DNA of 53,446 nucleotides from Promethearchaeota archaeon Loki_b32 (GCA_005223125.1 NJBH01000027.1:1-53446); one strand, 5' to 3'; shown: positions 9,840-20,057, counted from the stretch's first letter. The notes: generated by a model not told the origin, from the letters alone. Numbers and translations are program-made.

Positions 9840-10478
9840 TTATTCTTCTATGCGATCTTTCCAGGAATTTTTTCTTGGTGATAAATCTTCATTTGTTCTT
9901 CCAACATTAACATCCCTATAATCATTCATATGATTCTGTGTGTTGGAAGAAATCTGAAAAGGAAGTTCGTTGCTTTGTTGAGGAGAAGAAATTATTCCCA
10001 TGATTTCTTTTAAATAACTCTGTGTTTTTGTCCCTTTCCCCGTAATTTTTCTATATAGTCTTTTTACTCCATATATTATCAAAGAAATACTAATTGAGAA
10101 GATAATGTAAATTGCGACCCAACCACTACCAAAAATGAGAAGCGGGAAAGGTAAAAGTCCAGATTTATAATCCGAATAAATAATTCCAAGAACTGCAAAA
10201 ATACTTATAAAAATCACACATCTTAAACATAATGGAATAAATTGTTTTTTCATCATCAGTTTCATAAACTGTAATGATTCCTGTTGTGTTTGTGCCATTA
10301 ATTGATAATCACCTAAAAGTTGAGCGTTTTTAATACGTTCTTGAAGATTTTTTGCTTTTTTCCTCATTTCTCTTAAAGCTTCTTTTCTTAATCCTAAAAT
10401 ATAATTAAGACCCATTCCTAAAACAATCATGCCAAGAGTTACAAACAGAATTTGAATAATTATTACTACATTTGACAT
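9840..10478 (-). CDS. DUF106 / EMC3-TMCO1-Get1-like (Oxa1 superfamily) membrane protein
   Basis: TM1, basic coiled coil (MRKKAKNLQERIKNAQ), Met-rich MKLMMKKQFIP, TM2, LPFP..GW..IY, TM3. Confidence 0.75.
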   Translation of the reverse strand: MSNVVIIIQILFVTLGMIVLGMGLNYILGLRKEALREMRKKAKNLQERIKNAQLLGDYQLMAQTQQESLQFMKLMMKKQFIPLCLRCVIFISIFAVLGIIYSDYKSGLLPFPLLIFGSGWVAIYIIFSISISLIIYGVKRLYRKITGKGTKTQSYLKEIMGIISSPQQSNELPFQISSNTQNHMNDYRDVNVGRTNEDLSPRKNSWKDRIEE

Positions 10479-10593
10479 TATACCATCACTATATTAGGAA
10501 AAACATGTTTAAAATTAAATTTTTTGAATTATATTTTATTTTTAATTAAAGATTTATACCATTGGAAAAAACTAAGTCTATGTAAGACTTTTT

Positions 10594-11616
10594 TTATCTT
10601 AACCCACCATCTATAAAGCCTTTAATATATTTAGCATAAACTGTTTTCCATCGAGTCGGTATTGATGATGCTATGGCACAACCTAAACGGCAATTATCAC
10701 AGAAAGGATAATTATCATGCATTTTCATTATTTCTTTTACTTCATGAGAATTATAAATCGTTGATACAGGATATTTTAAAGCGTTAAATCTCTTTATTGG
10801 GTGAATTTTGCATGGATAACTAATAAATCCATCATGACTTATGAATAAATAAGCTTCAGCTACATGACAACGTAAAGTTTTTTGACTATATTGCGGATAT
10901 CCTCCGAAACCTTTCTCGACTACCTCGATACTGGTAGGATCTGTTAAAATGTTGCGATATTTTTTTCTTAAAATTCGAATTTGATTAGCCCAAATAGAGA
11001 TATCAGGGATCATTTCTTGAATATCTGGGATCTGATAACTTTTATTTTGAAAATCTCTTATTATATCTTCACAAGGATATATTTCAATTGAACACCCTAA
11101 TTTTTCTGCTAATTGGCAAATATCATCTAAGAGATGGATATTATTTTTCATAACCACTGTACTAATAATAACTTTAACATCTTGTTTATTTGCTAACTTA
11201 ATGGATTCAATAATTCTGTCAAATGTTTTAAGTCCTCGCATTTTATCATGAAGTTCTGCGGTGGGATAATCCAGTGATATTAAAACATAATCTAATCCTT
11301 CAATTTTATGCTCTTTAAATAATTTTGGTAATAAGTATCCATTAGTAGCCATTCCATTCATCAAACCATGTTCTATTCCGGTATAATATATAAGTTCTGG
11401 AAGATCTTTTCTTAATGTTGGCTCACCCCCTGTAAAAGAAAGAGCTAGTACACCTAAGTCCGTAATCTGGTCAATAAGAAATTTTATTTGTTCTGTAGTC
11501 ATATCCGCGCCTAAAATAGATTCAGGTAAAGAATGAATTGAGCAGAATGAACATTTACCATTACAATGTAATGTCAATTCTATCTGAGCAGAATAAGGAA
11601 TCTTGTGATCAGTCAA
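10594..11616 (-). CDS. Radical SAM enzyme with SPASM/twitch-like C-terminal cysteines
   Basis: CNGKCSFC, FTGGEP, TNG, ISLD; C-terminal CH..YPC..CDNCRLGC; frame stays open upstream to 11676. Confidence 0.88.
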   Translation of the reverse strand: MTDHKIPYSAQIELTLHCNGKCSFCSIHSLPESILGADMTTEQIKFLIDQITDLGVLALSFTGGEPTLRKDLPELIYYTGIEHGLMNGMATNGYLLPKLFKEHKIEGLDYVLISLDYPTAELHDKMRGLKTFDRIIESIKLANKQDVKVIISTVVMKNNIHLLDDICQLAEKLGCSIEIYPCEDIIRDFQNKSYQIPDIQEMIPDISIWANQIRILRKKYRNILTDPTSIEVVEKGFGGYPQYSQKTLRCHVAEAYLFISHDGFISYPCKIHPIKRFNALKYPVSTIYNSHEVKEIMKMHDNYPFCDNCRLGCAIASSIPTRWKTVYAKYIKGFIDGGLR

Positions 11617-11880
11617 ATTGTTTAAAATGAAATTTCTAATATATTGGATATATTTTTTAATTCTCCTTTGAGGAATTTAGTAGGACACCATTATCTTTGA
11701 TTTGAGGTTTTATTAAAGATTTTAAGCATATTTAAGTTAAAAAATATTATTGAATTGACATATAAAAAGATAATTTAAATAAATAAATATTTGAATTTGA
11801 TTTGATATTAAAAAATTGAAATAAAAAAAAAGATTAAACAAATTTAATATGCTAATTTATTGATTTGGCAGAGAAAAGCA

Positions 11881-12228
11881 TTACTTTTCATATCCACATT
11901 TACGACATACATATTTTTTAGCGTAGATCTTAACTCCACCCATCTGATGTAAAACTTGGCTTTTATCTTCATGTGTGGCAAAAGAGGTTCCTCCACACTC
12001 AGGACAAATCCTTCTACCCTCAACAGGAGGTTTTTCTTCTAACCGTGCTTCTTCCTCTTGTTTATCTACAACTGCTGAAGGTTTAACTGTAGTAGCTGCG
12101 GGGAAAGGTGCGGCTGAGGTTGATGGTACAGGACTAGCTGTAGCAGCTGGTTCGGTTTTTAATAATTTGTCTAGTTTACTATTAATATCTTCAAGTAGCT
12201 TTAATACATTTTGTTCAAATTCTGACAA
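11881..12228 (-). CDS. Short coiled coil + Pro/Ala/Thr linker + zinc ribbon related to the gelsolin tail
   Basis: EGRRICPECG...DKS...KIYAKKYVCRKCG; TTG start after GGAGG SD. Confidence 0.82.
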   Translation of the reverse strand: MSEFEQNVLKLLEDINSKLDKLLKTEPAATASPVPSTSAAPFPAATTVKPSAVVDKQEEEARLEEKPPVEGRRICPECGGTSFATHEDKSQVLHQMGGVKIYAKKYVCRKCGYEK

Positions 12229-12437
12229 TAAAAATCTCCTCCAAAATAGGTTTTTTAAAATTTGATGAAGTAATTTTTAACAATCTAATCTAAGTCTGAA
12301 TTTAAATATTTTAGTAAAATGAAAATATCAATAAGATCAATTTAGGATAAATTTAGGTAAACCTTCAATTGTCAATTGAAAAAATCGTAAAATTATAAAA
12401 AAGATACTATAAAATAGTTTAAAGAGTAAAAGTTTTA

Positions 12438-12833
12438 TTACATTTCAATTAAATCCCTACTTGCAATTATATTAATATCAAGTCCAAATACATTTTCAAG
12501 TAGAGTATCACCCATTTTTATTGGAGCTGTAGTTTGAGCTTTTGCGATTAATTTTAAAGTTTCTTCTAATCTATCTTTTGGAATCGGTTTATCAGATCTA
12601 ACAGGGATTAATGGTAAAAACCCTTTTTCTACTCGCATTGTAGTAGTAAGAATTCTTTTTGGTGCGACGAATTCCTCTCTTGCATATTCTTCCCCTCTCT
12701 TACATGAATGACCTTCAATTATCAGTTCTCCATTAATATTTTCAACATGTACAAGGCAGCCTGTAGGGCAAATAATGCATCTTATATCCTTAAAACCTTC
12801 AGGAAGTTCACTTTCATTAGTTTTTGTTGACAT
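12438..12833 (-). CDS. DUF1667-family small Cys protein (third gene of glpA-like operon)
   Basis: CIICPTGC, GHSCKRG..YA..E, PKRILTTT motifs; operon context. Confidence 0.88.
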   Translation of the reverse strand: MSTKTNESELPEGFKDIRCIICPTGCLVHVENINGELIIEGHSCKRGEEYAREEFVAPKRILTTTMRVEKGFLPLIPVRSDKPIPKDRLEETLKLIAKAQTTAPIKMGDTLLENVFGLDINIIASRDLIEM

Positions 12834-12855
12834 TTCTTATTACCTCTTTCTGAAA

Positions 12856-14154
12856 TTAATCTTCCTCAATTAATACCTCTGGTCGGGGGATTACTTCAAC
12901 TTCCAAACTTTTACAATCAGGATCAATTTGTTGTTCTCTTAAATTTAACTTTAATTCAATCATTTCGCTTGGAATAACATATATTTTCTTTCTTTTATAA
13001 ACTATTTTGTTTTTATCATCTTTAAATTGAATTAAGAGTCTACGATCTGGTCGTTTAACTCTAAAAGTAAAAATAATATCTCTTTCTAAGTCAGCATTAT
13101 TAATTAAATCAGGCTTTATGTAATTAACATTTTCTCCTGCAGTGCATTTAATTTGTGTTTTTTTTCCAATCTCTTTACCATATTTTTCTTTAACATATTC
13201 TATGGCATTCAATCCAGCTCGTTTTGCTTCAGCAGTCACGAGGTCAACTAGATCATGGACTTGTAATACATTTCCGCATGCGAATACACCATCAATTGTA
13301 GTTTCTAAATTGTTATCCACCACAGGACCTCCCATTACCGAAATTTTAGCACCTGCTTCTCGTGTTAACTCGTTTTCAGGGATTAAACCTACAGATAATA
13401 ATAAGGTATCACATTCGATAAATTTTTCAGAGCCTATTACCCGATCGAAGTTGCGATCTACTTTACTTACTGTTACGCCTTGAACCCTCTCCTTTCCATG
13501 AATCTTTGTTACTGTATAACTTGTAATTAATGGTATTCCATAATCTTCTAAACATTGTACTTCATTCCTAATTAGGCCACTTACATAAGGTTGAATTTCT
13601 ACGACTGCTTTAACTTGACAACCTTCCCATGTTAGACGACGTGCCATAATCATTCCAATATCTCCACTTCCCAAAATAACATAAGTTCTACCAGGTAAAT
13701 ATCCTTCAATATTAACAAATCTTTGAGCTTGCCCTGCAGTAAGTATTCCAGCAGGGCGAAAACCAGGTATATTAATTGCTCCCCGTGTTTTTTCACGGCA
13801 TCCCATAGCAAGGATTATGGCTTTAGCTTTAATCTCAATAAGTCCTTCCTTATTATTTACAGCATAAATTGTTTTATCTGGGGTAAATTCAATCACCATT
13901 GTATCTAATTTATAAGGAATGTTAAGATCTTTAGCTTGATTTATAAATCTCTGAACATATTCAGGTCCTGTTAATTCTTCTTCAAATTCATGAAGTCCAA
14001 AGCCATTGTGAATGCACTGGAGAGTTATTCCTCCTATTTCTTTATCTCTTTCCAAGATTAAAACATCCAATTCCGCCTTTTTAACAACTATAGCAGCAGC
14101 AATCCCCGCAGATCCACCACCTATTACGGCAACATCCACTTCGTATTTTTTCAT
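12856..14154 (-). CDS. NAD(P)/FAD-dependent oxidoreductase (second gene of glpA-like operon)
   Basis: GGGSAG, QCIHNGFG, AMGCRE, GSGDIG, CGNVLQVHDLVD motifs. Confidence 0.9.
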   Translation of the reverse strand: MKKYEVDVAVIGGGSAGIAAAIVVKKAELDVLILERDKEIGGITLQCIHNGFGLHEFEEELTGPEYVQRFINQAKDLNIPYKLDTMVIEFTPDKTIYAVNNKEGLIEIKAKAIILAMGCREKTRGAINIPGFRPAGILTAGQAQRFVNIEGYLPGRTYVILGSGDIGMIMARRLTWEGCQVKAVVEIQPYVSGLIRNEVQCLEDYGIPLITSYTVTKIHGKERVQGVTVSKVDRNFDRVIGSEKFIECDTLLLSVGLIPENELTREAGAKISVMGGPVVDNNLETTIDGVFACGNVLQVHDLVDLVTAEAKRAGLNAIEYVKEKYGKEIGKKTQIKCTAGENVNYIKPDLINNADLERDIIFTFRVKRPDRRLLIQFKDDKNKIVYKRKKIYVIPSEMIELKLNLREQQIDPDCKSLEVEVIPRPEVLIEED

Positions 14155-15624
14155 TTATTTCCTAGCACCTCCTCTTTCTCTCTTTAATAGGAAATCTTTT
14201 GTTTTCCCCATCAAAATATTAGTATCTTCTCCACTCTTCGTAATTTCTTCGTATTTCTTGTTCAATTCTCTTGATAGGATTTCAATAACTCGAGGACGAC
14301 AGAATCCTCCTTGACATCTACCCATACCGGGTCGACAACGGAATTTGACTCCATCTACAGTATTAGCACCAACTGGAGCGTGGATTGCGTTTATTATCTC
14401 TTTTTCAGGTATCGTTTCACAGCGACAAATGATTCGACCCCATGCTGGGTCTTCTTTTATTTTTATATCAAGCTCTTCTTTTGTGAAATCTTTAAATCTT
14501 TCAGGTTTGGGGCGAATAGGGTTATAATCCTCCTTAACTTTTAATTCTACACCTAATAATTCGAGAAATTCAACTACTTTTTCTGCGATTGCGAATGTTG
14601 CGGTTAGTCCTGGTGATAATATTCCTGCCACGTTAATAAACCCATATACATCAGTATTGTCAATAATAAAATCATAAGTGTCTGGAACAGCTCTTAATCC
14701 TGCAAAGTTTCTAATCGAACTTCTTGCGGGGATATTTGGTACTAATTTCATCCCACCTTCCAAAATTTCTTTTAAACCGGCAGTAGTAGTTGAAATATTT
14801 TCCCGATCAGTAATATTTTGAGCATTAGGACCAACAAATGTGTTACCATGTAAAGTAGGACAGACCAAAATTCCTTTTGATACTTTAGTAGGAATAGGGA
14901 ATAAGATTTTATTTAATTGAATAGCATTACGATCAAAGAGAATATATTCACCTTTTCTTGGCATTATGCTAAAATAATCTAAACCTAACATTCTAGAAAT
15001 TCTCGCAGCATACAATCCAGAAGCATTAATAAGATTTCTTCCTTGGAATTCACCTGCGAATGTTCGTACGGTGAAAACGTAATCTTGATGTTTGATTTTA
15101 ACAACTTCATGATTTCTGAAAAATTTCGCGCCATTCATCACAGCATTTTCAGCTAATGCAAAAGTTAATTCATATGGGCTAGCAAGTCCGGCTGAAGGTG
15201 CATGTAATACACCAACAACCTCATCAGTTAAATTTGGTTCCATTTGTTTAATTTTCTTTTTATCTAAAATTACCTCTAGTCCAGGTACACCATCCTCAGT
15301 TCCTTTTTTTCTTTCCTCTTCCAATTGTTTTATCTGATTATCTTCTAAAGCTACAACAAAAGAACCAATTCGTTTGAAAGGGAAATTCAATTCCTCTGCT
15401 GCTTGGGTATACATTTTATTTCCCCCAATACATAAGTGTCGTTTAATATAATCTCTAGGAGAAGCATATCCAGCGTGTATTACTCCTGAATTAGCCTTAG
15501 TAGTCCCAACAGCAATCTCTGCCTCCTTTTCTAATAAACAAATATCTAAATTATATTTTGAAAGCGTGCGAGCTATAGAACAACCGGTAACACCGCCTCC
15601 AATAATAATAACATCGTAAATCAA
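14155..15624 (-). CDS. glpA: FAD-dependent glycerol-3-phosphate dehydrogenase-like protein with BFD-type [2Fe-2S] domain
   Basis: GGGVTG, TTKANSG.IHAG, SPGLT, CRCE...GRCQGGFC; substrate inferred from family only. Confidence 0.8.
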   Translation of the reverse strand: MIYDVIIIGGGVTGCSIARTLSKYNLDICLLEKEAEIAVGTTKANSGVIHAGYASPRDYIKRHLCIGGNKMYTQAAEELNFPFKRIGSFVVALEDNQIKQLEEERKKGTEDGVPGLEVILDKKKIKQMEPNLTDEVVGVLHAPSAGLASPYELTFALAENAVMNGAKFFRNHEVVKIKHQDYVFTVRTFAGEFQGRNLINASGLYAARISRMLGLDYFSIMPRKGEYILFDRNAIQLNKILFPIPTKVSKGILVCPTLHGNTFVGPNAQNITDRENISTTTAGLKEILEGGMKLVPNIPARSSIRNFAGLRAVPDTYDFIIDNTDVYGFINVAGILSPGLTATFAIAEKVVEFLELLGVELKVKEDYNPIRPKPERFKDFTKEELDIKIKEDPAWGRIICRCETIPEKEIINAIHAPVGANTVDGVKFRCRPGMGRCQGGFCRPRVIEILSRELNKKYEEITKSGEDTNILMGKTKDFLLKRERGGARK

Positions 15625-15819
15625 TTATACACTAACCTTTCATGTAATATTTTTATTAAAAATACTAGTAATGGATATTAAATGTAATAGATATTAAATT
15701 CTAGTCTTAAAAAATATAAATACCTTTTAAATTTATTAAAGAGAAAGTAAATTTAATTACCCAGTATAAAATCAATTTACACGTACTTCTGACTTTTCTA
15801 TTAACTTCATGTTTTACAT

Positions 15820-16161
15820 CTATAAAACATAAATGAATAAGAGCCAGAAAAGATTAAAAATGATGGCTAGAGTTACTAAAATCTTTGTTACTGGATTAAA
15901 AAGTGTGTTTTTTAATGATCTAGTCATCTTTAATTTTAGTTCGCTTTCTATAAGATTACCAACTAAGTTAGAATTAGGAGATGATTCTTTTTTCATATGA
16001 ATAGATCCCAAAAATCGTGGTTTTGATAAGTTTTTAATAATATTATTTAAATTATTCGAAGTAAGTAAGTGATTATTATTAATCAATGGAAGATCTTCGA
16101 TATTATCATTATTAGCTGATTCTTTCTTATCAGTTGGGTTCATTCTTTTTTCCTTTAACAA
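15820..16161 (-). CDS. Hypothetical tail-anchored protein
   Basis: Asn-rich body, C-terminal TM helix. Confidence 0.6.
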   Translation of the reverse strand: MLKEKRMNPTDKKESANNDNIEDLPLINNNHLLTSNNLNNIIKNLSKPRFLGSIHMKKESSPNSNLVGNLIESELKLKMTRSLKNTLFNPVTKILVTLAIIFNLFWLLFIYVL

Positions 16162-16289
16162 TTTACTTATTTTATTTTTTTCATGATTAAAGAATCAAAT
16201 TAGTCTTAAAATTTTTACGTTTATAAAAATAAATTGATAAGATTTGAAACCATTTCAGAAAATTTATTATTTAAAGATATTTGAAATTT

Positions 16290-16679
16290 TTAGATAATTT
16301 CTTCTAATGAATCACTTATATGATTTGTAAAATCAGCAAAAACTCGAATATTTTTATAATAATTCTTAATAGTCTCTTCAGGGTACACTATAAAAAAATT
16401 TTTTGAAATGTTTTTAAGTTCATTCAAGATTTTTTTACTTTTAATTTCATTTGATGAATTCGCAACAAAAAGGAAATTGTTGTTTTTAACGATTGTGAAA
16501 CGAACACTGCTTAATTCAAAATGTGACATTCCCCCCTCACTAAGCGTCTCTGCAAATGTATTTAAAGCACTCATCAATCCTCCAAAAACTTGTGGTCCTA
16601 CTGTTGGATCAATTGTTCGATTGAATAAGGTCACTCCACTTTCAGCTAAAATCCATAAATTTCTTATAACTTTTCCCAA
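16290..16679 (-). CDS. Stand-alone longin-like domain protein (eukaryotic signature type)
   Basis: I.NLWIL..SG..LF, FGGLMSAL..FA, then beta strands RFTIV/FLFVA and a terminal helix. Confidence 0.72.
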   Translation of the reverse strand: MGKVIRNLWILAESGVTLFNRTIDPTVGPQVFGGLMSALNTFAETLSEGGMSHFELSSVRFTIVKNNNFLFVANSSNEIKSKKILNELKNISKNFFIVYPEETIKNYYKNIRVFADFTNHISDSLEEII

Positions 16680-16838
16680 ATAATTTCACATGTATAAAAT
16701 AATTCCCTACTCTTAACAAAATAATTAATCATTATTAAATTACGATCTTTTTGAAATGATATTCATTTTTAAAAGAATAAAATATATCTAAAATCGTTTA
16801 ACTAAATAATATAAGGCTTTAACCTAAATATTTGTAAT

Positions 16839-18584
16839 ATGGAACCTCGATATAATAAAATCTCTGAACAGTTATCAAATAAATTTAAGAAAATTGTTGG
16901 AGAAAGGTTTTTTTCTAATAAATTTGAAGTTAGATGGACTTATGCTTTTGGAGGTTCAATTTTTAATAAAGATTGGGTTCCAGACTTGATATTAATTCCA
17001 CAAAATTCTAAGCAAATTTCTGAAATATTAAAATTATCAAATAAGAATAATATCCCAGTAACTCCTCGAGGAAGCGGTACAAGTTTATCCTCTGGTTCAT
17101 TAAGTCCCTACGGGGGAATCATTTTAGATTTGAGTCAGATGAAAGAAATACTTACAATAAATATTGAAAATAACTTTGTAGAAGTTGAGCCTGGAGTAAT
17201 ATGTGATGAGTTAAATGAAATTTTGAAACCCTACGGATACTTTTTTCCCCCGGATCCAGGATCAAGTTCTGTTGCTACTATAGGGGGAATGGTCGCGAGT
17301 AATGCTGGAGGTATACAAGCATTTAAATACGGGGTTACTAAAAATTATGTAATGTATTTAGAAGTTGTATTACCAGATGGACAGATTTTGAACTTAGGTT
17401 CAAAAGTCTTAAAATCTGTATCTTCATATAATATTAAAGACCTACTTATCGGTTCTGAAGGCACATTAGGGGTTATTACGAAAATTGGTTTAAGAATCAG
17501 ACCTTTACCAAAAACAAGAAAATTAGGTTTGTTTATTTTTAAAAATGTTGATGATTTGAAAGATGCAGTTATAGAATTAAGACGCAAGGGGATTGTACCC
17601 AATTTGCTAGAATTCATGGATAAACTGATCTTAAAAGCAGTTACAGAATATTTAGGTGGTGAATTTATAGATTTTCCAAATGGATATGTATTATTAGCTG
17701 AAGTAGATGGAAATTCTACACGAGAAGTTGATGAAGAATTCGCTATTATGTTTGATATCATTATCCAAAAAGACCCCATATTTCATAAAGTAGCTATGAA
17801 CGAAGAGGAAAGAGAAAGATTAATCCTAGCAAGGAAGGCTAATCTTCCAGCGCTCTCAAGAGTTAGGCCAAATACATGTGTAGAAGATTGTACAATTCAA
17901 ATATCACAATTTTCTGATGTTATTAAAAAAATTGAAGATATTCCCAATAAAATAAATGCTAAAAATTTATTAGTTGCAATTATTTGTCATATGGAGGGAA
18001 ATTTGCATCCTACATTTTTGTTTAATGAAAATGATGAACAAGATGTAAAAGATTTTGAAAAGGCAATAGATTACTTATATAGAGAAATAATAATTCCCGC
18101 AGGGGGGACCTTAACGGGTGAACATGGAATTGGTAAAACAAAAACACCATATTTAGAACTCGAACATGACTCAAATGTAATAAATTTGATGGCAAAAATT
18201 AAAAAACTCTTTGATCCGAATATGATCTTAAATCCTGGGATTGGAAAAGGGGACAATCGAGCCATAATTACTAAAAATGAAAAACGTACCTTAAGAACAC
18301 AGACTGATAAAATATTAGAATTAAAATGTATGAGATGTGGGTTTTGTATTTCATGTCCATCTAGAATTAATCATTTCTTAGAGACTTATAGTCCAAGAGG
18401 ACGATTAAGTCTTTTAAATGGATTGGTTCATGGTGATTTGGAATTAAATGATTTAATCATTGACGTATTACATACTTGCACTTTATGTGGGCTTTGTCAA
18501 ATTAAATGTCCTGCTGGTGTTAATACAATAGAAATATTTGAAAAAGCCAGAGAAATTATTCATAAAAGAAGCGAAAAATCATGA
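16839..18584 (+). CDS. GlcD-like FAD-linked 2-hydroxyacid (D-lactate) dehydrogenase fused to a 2x[4Fe-4S] domain
   Basis: PRGSGT, PPDPGS, TIGG, GSEGTLG, GNLHP, GEHGIG, LNPG; CMRCGFCISCP and CTLCGLCQIKCP. Confidence 0.88.
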   Translation: MEPRYNKISEQLSNKFKKIVGERFFSNKFEVRWTYAFGGSIFNKDWVPDLILIPQNSKQISEILKLSNKNNIPVTPRGSGTSLSSGSLSPYGGIILDLSQMKEILTINIENNFVEVEPGVICDELNEILKPYGYFFPPDPGSSSVATIGGMVASNAGGIQAFKYGVTKNYVMYLEVVLPDGQILNLGSKVLKSVSSYNIKDLLIGSEGTLGVITKIGLRIRPLPKTRKLGLFIFKNVDDLKDAVIELRRKGIVPNLLEFMDKLILKAVTEYLGGEFIDFPNGYVLLAEVDGNSTREVDEEFAIMFDIIIQKDPIFHKVAMNEEERERLILARKANLPALSRVRPNTCVEDCTIQISQFSDVIKKIEDIPNKINAKNLLVAIICHMEGNLHPTFLFNENDEQDVKDFEKAIDYLYREIIIPAGGTLTGEHGIGKTKTPYLELEHDSNVINLMAKIKKLFDPNMILNPGIGKGDNRAIITKNEKRTLRTQTDKILELKCMRCGFCISCPSRINHFLETYSPRGRLSLLNGLVHGDLELNDLIIDVLHTCTLCGLCQIKCPAGVNTIEIFEKAREIIHKRSEKS

Positions 18585-19864
18585 AACTAGATTATGGAAA
18601 AACGGGTATTGAAATAAATCTTGATCCAGAATGGAATGTAACCATCTTTCACCCTCTAAAAAAGAACCCTATTGAGAACCCTATTGAAAGAATTAAAGAA
18701 TCAATTAATAATCCAGTAGATAGTCCATCTCTTAAAGAGATAGTAAAAAATAAAGGTGATATAAAGTCAGTGTGTATTGTAGCAAGTGATGCAACGCGAC
18801 CAGTTCCCTCACATCTAATTCTTGAAGCATTAATAGCGGAACTAAATATTTATGGAATTGAAGATGAAAAAATAATGATTCTAATTTCCACAGGATTACA
18901 TCGTAATTCTCGTGAAGAGGAATTGGAACGAATATTAGGAGAGAATCTAAAAAAGAGAATTAAAGTAATTGATCATATAGCAACTGATGAAAATTCATTG
19001 ATCAGGGTAGGAATAACAGCCGATAATCATCCAATTTTAATAAACAAACATTATATTGAAGCAGATTTAAAAATCCTAACGGGTTATGTCGAACCACACT
19101 TCTTCTTTGGATTTGCGGGAGGAAGAAAATCTTTATTTCCAGGAATAGGTGGGGCAAAAATAATTCAAAATAATCATTCTGCTGAAAATATTGCATCTCC
19201 ATTCGCTCGATTTGGAACTTATAAAGAAAATCCACTACATAAAAATTCAATTGAAATATCCAAAAAAGTTGGAATAGATTTCATTGTAAATGTATGTATT
19301 AATGAACAACATGACATAATTCAAGTAGCTTCTGGAGATTTTGAGAAAGCTCATGAAATCCTTGTAAGTTATCAGTTAAAACATGTATTTAGAGAAATTA
19401 GTAAACCATACGATATTGTAATATGTGGAAACGGAGGTTATCCCTTAGATCTTAATTTATACCAAGCTGTAAAGAGTATGGCTATTGGAGAAATGGCGGT
19501 TAAAGAAGGAGGAACGATTATTTCTGTAAATGAGTGTACTGATGGTGTAGGGTTTGGACAAGATAAGTTTAAGGAATTAATTTTTTCGGGTATGAAACCT
19601 AAGGAAATCTATAATAAAATTCTAAATAAGGAAATTATTGTCTCAGATCAATGGGAAATTCAGATTTTAACTCGAATTCTTATGAAGGCTGATATATATG
19701 TGATATCAAAATTAAATGAAGATGAGATTGGTAATATTGGATTGAAACATGCGAAAACTGTTGAGGACGCTATTAGAAACTGTTTAAAGAAACATCAGTC
19801 AGATTCTTCTATTCTAATTTTACCTAATGGCCCCCAAGTACTCCCTTTATTGAAGGAATCATAG
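18581..19864 (+). CDS. larA: Nickel-pincer lactate racemase family protein
   Basis: DATRP, TGLHR, EPHFF.GF.GGRKS, GGYPLD.NLYQAVK, DQWE.Q; ATGA overlap with upstream gene. Confidence 0.9.
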   Translation: MKLDYGKTGIEINLDPEWNVTIFHPLKKNPIENPIERIKESINNPVDSPSLKEIVKNKGDIKSVCIVASDATRPVPSHLILEALIAELNIYGIEDEKIMILISTGLHRNSREEELERILGENLKKRIKVIDHIATDENSLIRVGITADNHPILINKHYIEADLKILTGYVEPHFFFGFAGGRKSLFPGIGGAKIIQNNHSAENIASPFARFGTYKENPLHKNSIEISKKVGIDFIVNVCINEQHDIIQVASGDFEKAHEILVSYQLKHVFREISKPYDIVICGNGGYPLDLNLYQAVKSMAIGEMAVKEGGTIISVNECTDGVGFGQDKFKELIFSGMKPKEIYNKILNKEIIVSDQWEIQILTRILMKADIYVISKLNEDEIGNIGLKHAKTVEDAIRNCLKKHQSDSSILILPNGPQVLPLLKES

Positions 19865-20057
19865 TCAAATACATACACATACAGGATATTATTACCAAAT
19901 ATTTTTATACTATATGGAACGCTTTCTATATCTTCATCAGTAGTACTTTTTTTTCGACTGTAGACTACAAAAAACGCAACATTCATTTACTTATAATTTA
20001 TAATTCCCACTAAATACCCATATTTCGTCCGTTCGTGGACATATCACAAATTTGTAT

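Noticed and set aside
12438-15624. glpA-like three-gene operon as a novel system
   Set aside because: A widespread arrangement in anaerobic bacteria and archaea
19795-19986. 63-aa minus-strand ORF between larA and tfb
   Set aside because: Overlaps the larA 3' end and has no motif; more likely upstream regulatory DNA
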